A DNA stretch of 64,000 bases from Terricaulis sp. (GCA_024707365.1 JANPZV010000002.1:80558-144557); one strand, 5' to 3'; shown: positions 33,508 to 44,159, numbered from the stretch's first letter. The notes: generated by a model not told the origin, from the sequence alone. Numbers and translations are program-made.

Positions 33508-34360
33508 GCCGCTGGGCCTACGTCAACGGCGCCTACGTCCCGCTCTCGCAAGCGGCGATCTCCATTCAGGACCGCGGCTTTCAGTTCGCGGATTCGATCT
33601 ATGAGGTCTGGGCCGTGCGCGCAGGGCGGCTGTGTGACCGCGAAGGCCACCTCGCCCGGCTCTGGCGCTCGCTCTCCGAATTGCGCATGTCCGCGCCAAT
33701 GGGGGAGGGGCCCCTTCTCGCCGTCATACGCGAGTTGATGCGCCGCAACCGCGTGCGCGACGGCATCGTCTATTTGCAGGTCAGCCGCGGCGCGGCCCGC
33801 GCGATCATGGCTTTCCCCCGCCCGGCACGAAACCCACTATCGTCATCACCGCCAAGAACCTCGATCGCGCTGCGATGGATGCGCGCGCGGCGGCGGGCGT
33901 TGCCGTGATCAGCGCCCCGGATGAGCGCTGGGCCCGCCGCGACATCAAATCCACCAATCTCTTGCCCAACGTGCTCGCGCGCCAAGCCGCGCGCGAAGCA
34001 GGCGCGTTTGAAGCTTGGCTGATTGATGAGCAGGGCTTCGTCACCGAAGGCACATCCTCAAACGCCTGGATCGTTGACGCCGATGGCCGCGTGCGCACGC
34101 GCGCGCTCTCCAATGCGATCCTGCACGGCGTCACCCGCGCCGCGCTGTTAAAGCTCGCGCCAGAGCTTCAGCTCAGCGTCGACGAAAGCGCCTTCACGCT
34201 CGCCGAGGCTAAGGCCGCGCGCGAGGCGTTCCTCACCGGCGCCTCCAACGCGGCGGTTCCCGTTATTGCCATCGATGGCTGCGCCATTGGCGCGGGCAAA
34301 CCCGGCCCAATCACGACGGCGTTACGTGCTCTTTATCTGGGCGCCGCTGCAGAGCATTGA
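33504..34360 (+). CDS. dat: D-amino-acid transaminase (class IV; apparent frameshift ~33800)
   Basis: DRGFQFADSIYEV, RWARRDIKSTNLL, TEGTSSN and ILHGVTR motifs. Confidence 0.88.
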
Positions 34361-34465
34361 ATTCAAAAGATTCGTGACAGTTGGCTTCGCAGGCGCACAC
34401 GCTTATAGCTAAGCCATCCGCGCGCCTCGACGCGGAACCAATAAAACTCAAGCATGGCGGTACCC

Positions 34466-34718
34466 ATGGAAAAAGAAACAAAACTTGCAGGACACGTTCC
34501 TCAACGCCGTCCGCAAATCGAAGACGCCGCTGACGATCTTCCTCGTCAATGGCGTGAAACTTCAGGGTGTTGTGACCTGGTTCGATAATTTCTGCGTGTT
34601 GCTGCGCCGCGATGGCCAAGCGCAGCTGGTTTACAAGCACGCGATCTCGACGATCATGCCTGGCGGGCCGGTCAATTTGCACGAGATCGATAAGGCTGCT
34701 GATGAAGCCGACGGCTGA
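34466..34718 (+). CDS. hfq: RNA chaperone Hfq (one extra A in the 5' homopolymer)
   Basis: QNLQDTFLN...[11 protein letters not shown]...[13 protein letters not shown]. Removing one A at ~34470 restores MEKKQNLQD. Confidence 0.95.
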
Positions 34719-36061
34719 CACGCCACCAACCGATCTGAATCGCGCCATCGTCTTGCGCCCGCTTGTGGGCGCGGACGGCGGCGCACGCGATTACGAGGCG
34801 CGGCTCTTGGAGGCCGTGGGCTTGGCGCAGGCGCTTGATCTTGAGATCGCCTTCGCGGAGGCAGCGCCCTTGCGCCAAATCCATCCGCGCGCCTTTTTCG
34901 GCGGCGGGCGCGTCGAGCGCCTCAAGGAAAAAGCCGAAGAGCTTGGCGCGGGCGTCATCGTCATCGATGCGGCGCTGACGCCAGTGCAGCAGCGCAACCT
35001 TGAAACCGATATCGGCGCCAAGGTGATCGATCGCACCGGGCTTATCCTTGAAATCTTCGGCCTGCGCGCGCGCACCAAGGAAGGCAAGCTGCAAGTGGAG
35101 CTTGCGCGCCAAGCCTATGAGCGCTCGCGCCTTGTGCGCACCTGGACTCACTTGGAGCGCCAACGCGGGGGCCTCGGCAAAACCGGCGGCCCCGGCGAAA
35201 CCCAGATCGAGCTTGATCGCCGGCAAATCGCTGACCGCATCACTCGGCTCAAGCGCGAACTGGAAGACGTGCGCCGCACGCGCGGCCTGCAGCGCAAAGC
35301 GCGGGCGCGCGCAGGCCTGCCGGCCGTCGTGCTGGTTGGCTACACCAATGCCGGCAAATCCACGTTGTTTAACCGGCTCACGCAAGCGGGCGTGCTGGCC
35401 AAAGACATGCTGTTCGCCACGCTCGATCCCACCGCGCGGCAAGTGAAGCTGCCCAGCGGCCGCGCCGTGATCATGAGCGACACGGTCGGCTTTATCTCCG
35501 ATCTGCCGCACGAATTGGTGGAGGCGTTCCGCGCGACGCTAGAGGCTGTCACCGAAGCGGATCTCCTGATCCATGTGCGCGACATCGCCCATCCCGATAG
35601 CGAGCAGCAGAAAGCCGACGTGCTCTCGGTGCTGGCGCAGCTGGCGTCCTGAATCCGGCGGCAAAAGCCCGCCCGTGCTTGAGGCGTGGAATAAGATCGA
35701 TCAGCTCGATGACGCGACGCGCAGCGCGCGCCTGCGCCGGGCGGAGGTCGCGGCCGAAGAGGGCGGGCAGGGCGCCCTCGCCCCTGTCGCCATCTCGGCC
35801 ATCAGCGGGGAGGGCGTTGAGGCCCTGCTCGCCGCGATCGACCGTGCGGCGTTTTCCGCAACGCGCGTCATCACCCTCACGCTCGATCCGGCGGACGCTG
35901 GCCGCACGCGCGCGCAGATCGCCGCCTCGGGCCAAATCCTCGAAGAAAACACCGACGAAAACGGCGCGATCACGCTCCGCGCTGAGCTTTTGGTTCAAGA
36001 CGCCGCGCGCTTTGCGCCGCCAGAGCCCCTACCCGAACATCTGCGCCCAGCGGCGGAATAG
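34702..36061 (+). CDS. hflX: GTPase HflX (apparent frameshift ~35645)
   Basis: [42 protein letters not shown], and NKID in the downstream frame. Confidence 0.93.
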
Positions 36062-36080
36062 GGCGCATCCGCCTCCCCCG

Positions 36081-36198
36081 CAGAGCGCCCCGCGAAAGCG
36101 GGGTCGAGAGCGGGGATCCAGTGCAACAGGCGCAGCTCGCGGCTCTGGATCCCGATCGCACCCCGGCGTGCGCCGGGGCTGCGTCGGGGACGCTTTAG
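36081..36198. repeat. REP-like composite palindrome ending in the GACGCTTTAG terminus
   Basis: CCCCGC-GAAA-GCGGGG and CCCCGGCG-TG-CGCCGGGG hairpins plus GGGATCCAG / CTGGATCCC arms. The terminus provides the Mur ligase stop. Confidence 0.7.
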
Positions 36199-37595
36199 CG
36201 TTTGAGCCGCTCAACCAGTTCAGCGGCGAACACGCTCAGCGTATCGTCGCGCGCGCCCATCACGACGATGCGATCACCGGGTTCGGCCAATTCGATCAGC
36301 TTATCGCCACAGGCGCCGCGTTCGGCGAACGCCAGCGCTTGCAGCCCGCTTGCGCGCACGCCCGAGACGATGTGCTCGCTGGTCACGCTGCGATCCACCG
36401 TGCCGCCGAAATAGGCCGGATCAGGCATGATCAGCACGTCATCATCGGCCATGCGGGAAGCAAACACGTCGATAAATTCCTGGCGCATCAGCTTCAGCGG
36501 GCTAAAGCCGTGCGGCTGAAACATGATCAGCAGCCGGCCTGGAAAGGCGTGCAGCGCATTAAGCGTGGCGGTGATCTTATCGGGGTTATGCCCGAAATCA
36601 TCGATCACCGTGACGCCCTTGGCCTCACCGACAACCTCCAAGCGCCGCTTGGTGCCGGAAAAGCCTTTGAGCGCTTCAGCGGCCTCTTTCAGCGGCAATC
36701 CGTAGGCGCGCGCAGCGCACAACGCGGCCAGCGCGTTGGCGATGTTGTGCTCGCCCGGCACGGCCATCTCGATCGTCGCGCTATGGCGCGTGTGCTTTTC
36801 CAGTACGTCAAACGACACCCCGCCCGGCGCCAGGCGAATGGCGGTGCAGTGCAAATCGGCGAGGCCAGAGCGCAGCGAATAGGTGAAGGTGCGCACCTTG
36901 GCGTTGATCACCAGCGCGCCGGTTTCCTCATTGTCGAGGTTCAGCACCGCCACATCGGCCTTGGCGACAAAGCCGGCAAACAGCGCGCGCAGCTCCTCCA
37001 TGCTCTTGTGATCGAGCGCGATATTGTTCACGACGGCGATGCTTGGGCTGTAATTGGCGATAGAGCCATCGCTCTCATCCACCTCGGCCACGAACGCGCC
37101 GCCCTTGCCCACAAGCGCTGAGGCGAACAGCGCATCAGCGGTGACAAAATTCTTCATCACCGCGCCGTTCATCACCGTGGGGTCAGCCCCGGCCTGATGC
37201 AGCAGCCAGGCGATCATCGCGGTCGTGGTGCTCTTGCCGCTGGTGCCGGCCACGCCAATGCGCACCGGCGCTGCGTTGAAGAGTTCGGCCAGCAGCTGCG
37301 GCCGTTTTAAATCCAGCGCGCCAACGCGGCGGGCCGCGACCACATCGCCCACACTGTCTTCCACGGCGGCCGAGCGCACCAGGATCTGGTCGGCGCTGGT
37401 GATCCCAGAGCCATCCTGCGGGAAGAGGGCGATGCCCTGGCTTTTCAGGTACTCGAATTTCGCGCCCAGCCGCCCCTGATCGAGCGAGCGGTCAGAGCCG
37501 GCGACGGTAAAGCCCTTACCGCGCAGGATCAGCGCCAGCGGCAGCATCCCGGAGCCGCCCACGCCGGAAAAGAAATAGGATTTGTCGTGACTCAT
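36195..37595 (-). CDS. MurC/Mpl-like Mur ligase
   Basis: GVGGSGM, GSD, AGTSGKSTT, EVDESDG, DH, DDFGHNP and FQPH motifs. Confidence 0.88.
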   Translation of the reverse strand: MSHDKSYFFSGVGGSGMLPLALILRGKGFTVAGSDRSLDQGRLGAKFEYLKSQGIALFPQDGSGITSADQILVRSAAVEDSVGDVVAARRVGALDLKRPQLLAELFNAAPVRIGVAGTSGKSTTTAMIAWLLHQAGADPTVMNGAVMKNFVTADALFASALVGKGGAFVAEVDESDGSIANYSPSIAVVNNIALDHKSMEELRALFAGFVAKADVAVLNLDNEETGALVINAKVRTFTYSLRSGLADLHCTAIRLAPGGVSFDVLEKHTRHSATIEMAVPGEHNIANALAALCAARAYGLPLKEAAEALKGFSGTKRRLEVVGEAKGVTVIDDFGHNPDKITATLNALHAFPGRLLIMFQPHGFSPLKLMRQEFIDVFASRMADDDVLIMPDPAYFGGTVDRSVTSEHIVSGVRASGLQALAFAERGACGDKLIELAEPGDRIVVMGARDDTLSVFAAELVERLKR

Positions 37596-37652
37596 GACGC
37601 CCGGTTATGACGAGAAACGCCGCCTCCCGGCAAGGACGCGAACCAGAGATCC

Positions 37653-38494
37653 ATGGCTCAACCGATTCGCATTGGCGTCGTCGCGCCCGGCACGCGCATC
37701 GAGCCTGAATTGGCCGATCGGGTGAGCGCCTTCGCCAAGGACAGCTTCCTGGACCAAGCGCCGGAAATCTTCTTCCACCAGCAATGCTTCTTCCAGGACG
37801 GGCATTTCGCCGGCCATGACGAGGCGCGCATCGCCGCGTTTGTGGAATTCGCCAACGACCCAAGCCTTGACGCGCTCTGGTTCGCGCGCGGGGGCTATGG
37901 CGCCTGCCGCATCGCCGAAGCCGCCGTGAGCCAGCTCACCGAGGCCGCGCGCGCCAAAACCTATCTCGGCTACAGCGATAACGGCGCGATCCTCGGCGCG
38001 CTTTACGCCAAGGGCTTTCCCAACGTGGCCCACGGCCCGATCCCGATCGACATGAGCCGGAGAGGGGGGAGGCGGCTGTGAAACGCGCCCTCGCCTGGCT
38101 GATCGACCGCGCGCCCGAGAGCGTCGAGCTTGGCGTGATGTTCGACGGCAAAAGCGCCGCCTTCAACATCAGCGTGCTGCAATCCATGCTCGGCACGCCG
38201 CTGGAGCCCGATCTCAGCGGCCACGTGCTGCTGCTGGAGGACGTGGGCGAGTATCTCTACCGGATCGACCGCGCCCTCTTCCAAATCACCTCATCGCCCA
38301 ACGTACGCAGCGTGAAGGGGATCAAGCTGGGGCGGATTTCCGACGTGCCGGAGAACGACAAACCCTTCGGCGCGAGCGAAGAAGAAATCATCCGCTATTG
38401 GTGCAAGCGCGCCGGCATCGCGTATCTGGGCCGGGCCGATATCGGGCACGACGTTGAGAACAAGGTGGTGCCATTTGGGGCGCTGCGGCGATAG
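37653..38494 (+). CDS. LD-carboxypeptidase (peptidase S66; apparent frameshift ~38060)
   Basis: ARGGYGA, GYSD nucleophile motif, HGP, LLLEDVGE..YRIDR and DIGH. Confidence 0.88.
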
Positions 38495-38502
38495 CTACAT
38501 CG

Positions 38503-38604
38503 CGTCATTCCGGGGCATCGCGCAGCGATGAACCCGGAATCCAGGGCCGCCAGACCGCCAGCTCCTGGATTCCGCCCCACGCCTTCGGCGCGACCGGAAT
38601 GACG
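38503..38604. repeat. CGTCATTCCGG...CCGGAATGACG alphaproteobacterial REP-like element
   Basis: 11-bp terminal inverted repeat; internal GGAATCCAGG / CCTGGATTCC arms. Confidence 0.8.
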
Positions 38605-38635
38605 AATTTCGGCCTCTGGCCCTATACAGACTCTC

Positions 38636-38797
38636 ACCTCTCCCCCGCGAGGGGGAGAGGTCGCTGCAAGCTTGCTTGCAGCGGGTGAGGGGCGAACGTC
38701 AGGATGAAGCGCAAGCGTTGATGCAGCGCTCTATCCTGAACCACGCCCCCTCATCCGGCGCTGCGCGCCACCTTCTCCCCCTCGCGGGGGAGAAGGG
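38636..38797. repeat. CCTCTCCCCC-N4-GGGGGAGAGG type paired palindromic repeat
   Basis: Two inverted units (38636-38692 and 38746-38797), each with a terminal hairpin. Related architecture at 55784-55889. Confidence 0.8.
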
Positions 38798-38823
38798 AAT
38801 GTCTGAGGCCGGCGAAAAGCAGA

Positions 38824-39651
38824 TTACCCGCGCTCAGCCCGCTTCGCCGCCACCCACAGCGCTTCCATCTCATCCAGCGGCTGCGCGCCGCTCTTGCCGG
38901 CTTCCGCCAGCTTCGCCTCGATAAACTGAAACCGCCGCGTGAACTTTGCGTTCGCGCGCCGCAGCGCTTCCTCGGGATCGACCTTCAGCTTGCGGGCGAG
39001 GTTGGCCATCACGAACAGGATGTCGCCCATCTCTTCGGTGAGCGCCTCCGCATCGCCGGCCTCGCGCGCTTCGGCGAGTTCGGCCAATTCCTCGTCGAGC
39101 TTGGCCAGCACCTCATCGGGCGTGGGCCAATCGAAATTGATCCGCGCCGCGCGCTTGGTGAGCTTCTCGGCGCGCGTCAACGCCGGCAGCGCCATGGGCA
39201 CGTCATGCAGCAGCGAGGGCGCGCCCGAGGCCGCGCGCTTGGCGGCTTTCTGCGCCTCCCAAGCGACCGTTTGCTCATCGGCTGTGCGCGTATCGCCGGC
39301 GCCGAATACGTGCGGGTGCCGCTCGATCATCTTGTCGGCCAGCGCTTGGGCCACGTCCGCGAAATCGAACGCGCCTTGCTCCTCGGCCATGCGCGCGTGG
39401 AAGGCCACCTGGAAAAGAAGATCGCCCAGCTCTTCCTTGAGGGAGGGGAGGTCGGCCCGCTCAATCGCATCGGCCACCTCATAGGCTTCCTCGATCGTGT
39501 AGGGCGCGATGGTGCGGAAATTCTGCTCAATGTCCCACGGGCAGCCGTGCGCCGGATCGCGCAGCCGCGCCATCACGTCCAGCACGGCCTGCGTGGCGAG
39601 GGCGTTTCGTTCCTTATTTTCTCCTACCTTATCAGTGACTTGATTGGACAT
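38824..39651 (-). CDS. mazG: Nucleoside triphosphate pyrophosphohydrolase MazG
   Basis: LRDP..GCPWD.EQ, IEEAYEV, EELGDLLFQV, RHPHVF and EEMGD motifs. True start may lie downstream of 39651. Confidence 0.95.
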   Translation of the reverse strand: MSNQVTDKVGENKERNALATQAVLDVMARLRDPAHGCPWDIEQNFRTIAPYTIEEAYEVADAIERADLPSLKEELGDLLFQVAFHARMAEEQGAFDFADVAQALADKMIERHPHVFGAGDTRTADEQTVAWEAQKAAKRAASGAPSLLHDVPMALPALTRAEKLTKRAARINFDWPTPDEVLAKLDEELAELAEAREAGDAEALTEEMGDILFVMANLARKLKVDPEEALRRANAKFTRRFQFIEAKLAEAGKSGAQPLDEMEALWVAAKRAERG

Positions 39652-39655
39652 ACAA

Positions 39656-39683
39656 ATCTCGCATAAGATAGATTATGGGAAAC
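39656..39683. other. dif site (XerC/XerD chromosome dimer resolution site)
   Basis: ATCTCGCATAA-GATAGA-TTATGGGAAAC fits the 11-6-11 dif layout (E. coli GGTGCGCATAA-TGTATA-TTATGTTAAAT). KOPS motifs converge on it. Confidence 0.85.
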
Positions 39684-39706
39684 GATAGATGAGGCTGGCG
39701 CGCGAC

Positions 39707-40522
39707 TCAGATCGGGAAATCCGCCGCCCAGCCATCATAGCCCGGCTCAACCCCGGCCGGCAGCTTGGCCTTCAGCGCCGCGTAATCGAGATCGATGTGC
39801 ATATTGGTCAACACCGCGTGGCGCGGCTTGAGGCGGCCGATCCATTCAAGCGCCTTGCCCAGATGCGCGTGCGTCGGATGCGGCGTCTCGCGCAGCGCAT
39901 CGACGATCCAGAGATCAAGCCCGCCGAGCGCGGCGAAGCTCGCCTCCGGCATATCCACCAGGTCGTTAGAATAGCCCACCGGGCCGATGCGGAAGCCCAG
40001 CGAGCGCATGAAGCCGTGATCCTGATCCAGCGGCGTGATCGCAAGCGGCCCGCCTGGGCCGTGAACCGTGAGCGGCGCAAGCGGCGCCAAGCGCGGCCCG
40101 TGCGTGACGATGGCGGGATAGGCGCCCTTGCTCTCAAACGCATAGCCGAAGCGGCTGCGTAAATTCGCCCAAGTCGCCTCGTCCATGCTCACCGGGATCT
40201 GGCGGCGATGCTTCACAACGAACGCGCGCAGATCGTCAAAGCCGTTCACCTGGTCGGCGTGATCATGGCTGATCAGCACATGGTCGATATGGTGCGGCAG
40301 CGCCGCCGCCAACTGCAAACGCAAATCCGGGGGCGTGTCGATCAACGCCACCGTCGCCTCCTCAGCCGCGCCCGATGCACCCTGCCATTTCTGCAACAAC
40401 AGCCCGCAGCGCGTGCGCCGGTTCTTGGGCTCGCTCGGATCGCACACGCCCCAATCGCCAGTGGCGCGCGGTACGCCGGCGGAGGAGCCGCAGCCAAGCA
40501 TGGTGACGCGCAGCGTGCCCAT
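39707..40522 (-). CDS. MBL-fold metallo-hydrolase (PhnP-like)
   Basis: LGCGSSAGVP, NRRTRC, IDTPPDLR, HDHADQVNGFDDLR and HPTHAH motifs. Confidence 0.9.
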   Translation of the reverse strand: MGTLRVTMLGCGSSAGVPRATGDWGVCDPSEPKNRRTRCGLLLQKWQGASGAAEEATVALIDTPPDLRLQLAAALPHHIDHVLISHDHADQVNGFDDLRAFVVKHRRQIPVSMDEATWANLRSRFGYAFESKGAYPAIVTHGPRLAPLAPLTVHGPGGPLAITPLDQDHGFMRSLGFRIGPVGYSNDLVDMPEASFAALGGLDLWIVDALRETPHPTHAHLGKALEWIGRLKPRHAVLTNMHIDLDYAALKAKLPAGVEPGYDGWAADFPI

Positions 40523-41305
40523 CAGCTTGGCCTTTGCACGTGCGGGAAGATGCGGAAGAAATTGTCCGCGAGCAGGGCGGCCCCCTCCTCCGCTTCAAGC
40601 CCCCTGAGCTTGAGCAGCGCGGCCTGCACGTCCGCGACGTGATGGGGCTCACAACGCTGGCCGCGATGCGGCACGGGCGTGAGATACGGGCAATCGGTTT
40701 CGACGATGATGCGATCGAAGCGGCGTCTCCAGCGCGACCGCGCGCACGTCATCGGCGTTCTTGAACGTCATGATGCCGGAAAAGGAAATGAAGGCGCCGA
40801 GCTTCACCGCGCGCCGCGCCAGTTCGGCGCCCGAGGTGTAGCAATGCATGAGGATGGAGAGGGGCCCCTTCCCCGCCTCTTCCTCCAGCAGATCGCCCAT
40901 CGCCGCGTCGGCCTCGCGCGTGTGGATGATCAGGGTTTTACCAAGCGTGCGCGCAGCCTCTGCATGCGCGCGAAACACCTCTACTTGGTCTTCAAACGGG
41001 CTGTGCTTGTAATGCTGATCAAGCCCCGTCTCGCCAATGCCGACGACCTTGGGATGGCGGCCAAGCTCAATCAGCTTATCGGCGGTGAGATCGAGATGAT
41101 CCTTCGCATAGTGCGGATGCGCGCCAACGCTGGCGTAGATGTCATCGTGGCGCTCAGCGATGGCGATCACGGCAGGAAAGTTCTCGATTTTATCGCAAAT
41201 CGTGATCATGCGCGAAACGCCAGCGGCGCGCGCGCGATCGATCACCGCTTCCCGATCGGCGTCATAGAGGTGATGGTGCAGGTTCACGTGGCTGTCGATC
41301 AGCAT
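40522..41305 (-). CDS. tatD: TatD family hydrolase (apparent frameshift ~40720)
   Basis: IDSH, GAHPH, GIGETGLD, IIHTREA, HC, and ETDCPYLTP in the next frame. Confidence 0.9.
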
Positions 41306-41306
41306 G

Positions 41307-42299
41307 TCAGCGCCGCGCCCCCGCCGCGCGATCGAGCACGCTTACAGCGCGCGCCAGGGCGTGGCGCGGATCCATATCCAGGCCCTCGGCCTCGCTGCGC
41401 AGCGTTTCCAGCGCGCTCCACGCTTCGGCCCAGCTTTCAGCGCCGCTGGCGACGCCGCTTTCGCGCGTCCATTCGCTGGCGAGTTCGAGCACGCCGGCAA
41501 GCTTCTCATACGGCTCGCCGCTCAGATGATCATACAGCGCGCCGAGCGCCGTGCGGCTGTCGCCGCGCCCGAAGGCGCTGAGCGCTGCTTCAAGCTTGGC
41601 GCCGTCAATGCCTTGCGCGCCCAGCGCGATGGCCCGGCCTGGGCGGCCTTTGGCGAAACGCGCCAGCGCCGCATCGCCGCCGCCGAGCGCGCTGAGCACC
41701 GCATCGTGCGCCAGAGGCCGCAGCGCCAAGCGCCGGCAGCGAGAGCGGATGGTGGCCAACGCGGCGCCCGGCGCATGGCAGATGAGCAGCAGCACAGAGC
41801 GCGCCGGCGGCTCCTCCAATGTTTTCAGAATGGCGTTGGCGGAATTGGTGTTGAGATCATCCACCGCATCGATCACCGCCACGCGCATGCCGCCTTGGCT
41901 GGGCGCGAGCGCGAAAAAGCCGCCAAGCTCGCGCGCATCATCCACCGCGATCTCGCGCCGCGCTTTGCCGCGATCATTCAGCCCGCGCCGCAGCACGAAG
42001 AGGTCAGGATGGGCGCCCGCCGCGATTTTCCGCGCGACAGGATCTTCCGGATCGACATCAAGCGGACGCGGCCCGCTGCGCACAGCGCCCAGCGCAGCGC
42101 GCGCAAACCGATAGGCCAACGTGGCTTTGCCTAGACCCTTTGCGCCAGTGATAAGCCAAGCGTGGTGCATACGCGCGCCGCCCAAGGCTTCGGCCAGCGC
42201 CGCTTCTTCGGCTTCGTGGCCGACGAAGCTATAGGTTTCGCGCGGATGCGGCGCATCCGGCTCCTTATCGGTTTCGATCGGCGGCTTTTCGGCTTTCAC
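41307..42299 (-). CDS. holB: DNA polymerase III subunit delta'
   Basis: HHAWLITG..GLGKATLA, HPDL, ANAILKTLEEPP and TIRSRC; follows tmk. Confidence 0.93.
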   Translation of the reverse strand: MKAEKPPIETDKEPDAPHPRETYSFVGHEAEEAALAEALGGARMHHAWLITGAKGLGKATLAYRFARAALGAVRSGPRPLDVDPEDPVARKIAAGAHPDLFVLRRGLNDRGKARREIAVDDARELGGFFALAPSQGGMRVAVIDAVDDLNTNSANAILKTLEEPPARSVLLLICHAPGAALATIRSRCRRLALRPLAHDAVLSALGGGDAALARFAKGRPGRAIALGAQGIDGAKLEAALSAFGRGDSRTALGALYDHLSGEPYEKLAGVLELASEWTRESGVASGAESWAEAWSALETLRSEAEGLDMDPRHALARAVSVLDRAAGARR

Positions 42300-42928
42300 G
42301 CCAGCGCCTCAGCCGCGCTCAGCGCCTCAGCCAGCACAGCCTCGGCTGGCTGGCCTGAATCAATCACGCGGCAGCGCTGCGGCTCGCGTTCGGCGATGGA
42401 GAGAAACTCCGCGCGCACGCGCGCATGAAACGCTGCGCCCTTCTTCTCGAACCGATCCTCGCCCTTCTGCGCCCCGCGCGAGCGCGCGAGCCCCAGCTTG
42501 GGATCAATATCGAGGATCAGCGTGAGATCGGGATAATCGGCGCGGATCAGGGCGTTGAGCTCAACATGATCATCCGGCGCAAGCCCCGCGCCGCCGACCT
42601 GATAGGCGCGGGTTGAATCGAAATAGCGGTCACACACCACCCAAGCTCCGCGCTGAAGCGCCGGGCGCACGGTGTGGATCAGGTGATTGAGCCGCGCGGC
42701 GGTGAACAGCAGCGCCTCTTCGGCCGCGCTCCAGCGCCCAGGCTCACCCTGCACCAGCAGCGCGCGGATCTCATCAGCGCCTGGCGCGCCACCGGGCTCG
42801 CGCGTTTCGATCACCTCGCGCCCCTTGGCGCGCAGCGCAGCGGCGAGCCCGCGCGTCAGCGTGGATTTGCCGACGCCTTCGCCGCCCTCAAGCGTGATGA
42901 ACCGGCCCTGATATTTGCGGGTGCTCAT
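42296..42928 (-). CDS. tmk: Thymidylate kinase
   Basis: FITLEGGEGVGKST, TREPGG and CDRYFDSTRAYQ motifs. Confidence 0.96.
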   Translation of the reverse strand: MSTRKYQGRFITLEGGEGVGKSTLTRGLAAALRAKGREVIETREPGGAPGADEIRALLVQGEPGRWSAAEEALLFTAARLNHLIHTVRPALQRGAWVVCDRYFDSTRAYQVGGAGLAPDDHVELNALIRADYPDLTLILDIDPKLGLARSRGAQKGEDRFEKKGAAFHARVRAEFLSIAEREPQRCRVIDSGQPAEAVLAEALSAAEALA

Positions 42929-42933
42929 AGACC

Positions 42934-44097
42934 CTATGAAGGGCCTAGCAGCGTCAGGCGCAAGCCTTCAAAGGCGCGGGAAAACCAGTTGGCGCGGCCA
43001 ATCTTGCGCCCAGCGGCCAGGGGGAAGCTTTGCGTTTCAAAGCCGGGGCCTTCGATCACCAGCTGCGCCACCACATCGCCCTCGCGGATCGGGCTTTGCA
43101 GCGGCCCCTCATAGACGATGCTGGCGCGCAGCCCGCTTTGCACCGCGCGCGTGCCGCCGACGATGATGTCGCCTTGCGCCACCAGCGGCACTGTGCGGCG
43201 CCCGCCTAAGCGCACCTCCGCTTCGCCCACCTGATCGCCCGCGCCGGCCACGCGCGTCAGCGCGAAATCGTGGAACGCCGCGCGCATGAGCCGCACAGCC
43301 TCGCTGCGCCGCTCAGCCATGGTGCGCGCGCCGTTGAACACGATGATGCGGCGGCGGCCATCCAGTTCAGCCGAGCCCACGAGCCCATAGCCGCTCACGC
43401 TGGTGTGCCCGGTTTTTACGCCATCGGCGCCGGCGAACGCGCCCAGAAGCGGATTGCGGTTTTCCTGGGTGCGGTTGTTGTAAGTCAAAGTGCGCTGCGA
43501 ATAGAGCTGATAAAGCTCAGGAAACTCGCGGATCAGGAATTGCGCCAGCCGCGCCAGATCGGCCGCGCTGATCACATGATCAGGATCGGGCAGGCCCGTT
43601 GTGTTGCGGAAACGCGCGGTGGAAAGGCCCATCTCCTGCGCGCGCCGGTTCATCGCGGCGACGAACGCTTCTTCCGAACCGGAGATGCCTTCGGCCAGCA
43701 CGATGCAGGCGTCATTGGCCGAAACCACGATCACGCCGGCCAAGAGCTCACGCACGCTGACCTCGGAATTGAGCTCGAGGAACATGTGCGAGCCGTCAGA
43801 AACGGCGCCGTGCCGCCAGGCGCGCTCGCTGACGCGGAAGCGCGTGTCCATGCTGATCTGGCCGGAGGCGAGGCGTTCAGCCACCATCAGCACTGTCATC
43901 AGCTTGGACATCGAGGCGGGCGGCATCGGCGTGTCGCATTCGTCGCAATAGAGCATCGCCCCGCTCGCGCCATCCATGATGGCGACGTGGCGCACGTTGC
44001 CGCTGACGCTTTGCGCCGCCGTGCTTTGCGCCGGCGCCGATGGCGAAACCGCCAGCGCGGCCAGCAAGATGAAAGCGCCAAGCGCGCGATGCAGCAT
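42934..44097 (-). CDS. dacA: D-alanyl-D-alanine carboxypeptidase (S11)
   Basis: PASMSKLMT (SxxK), SANDA (SxN), KTG and a signal peptide. Confidence 0.92.
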   Translation of the reverse strand: MLHRALGAFILLAALAVSPSAPAQSTAAQSVSGNVRHVAIMDGASGAMLYCDECDTPMPPASMSKLMTVLMVAERLASGQISMDTRFRVSERAWRHGAVSDGSHMFLELNSEVSVRELLAGVIVVSANDACIVLAEGISGSEEAFVAAMNRRAQEMGLSTARFRNTTGLPDPDHVISAADLARLAQFLIREFPELYQLYSQRTLTYNNRTQENRNPLLGAFAGADGVKTGHTSVSGYGLVGSAELDGRRRIIVFNGARTMAERRSEAVRLMRAAFHDFALTRVAGAGDQVGEAEVRLGGRRTVPLVAQGDIIVGGTRAVQSGLRASIVYEGPLQSPIREGDVVAQLVIEGPGFETQSFPLAAGRKIGRANWFSRAFEGLRLTLLGPS

Positions 44098-44159
44098 TGT
44101 TCACCCGCAGAATCGGTTTGGAAGGCGTCTTTCCAGCAAACCGGGGCGCCGGGCTTACG

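Noticed and set aside
34454-36061. Programmed frameshifting in hfq or hflX
   Set aside because: Indels are equally frequent in unrelated genes throughout the window, so sequencing error is the simpler explanation.
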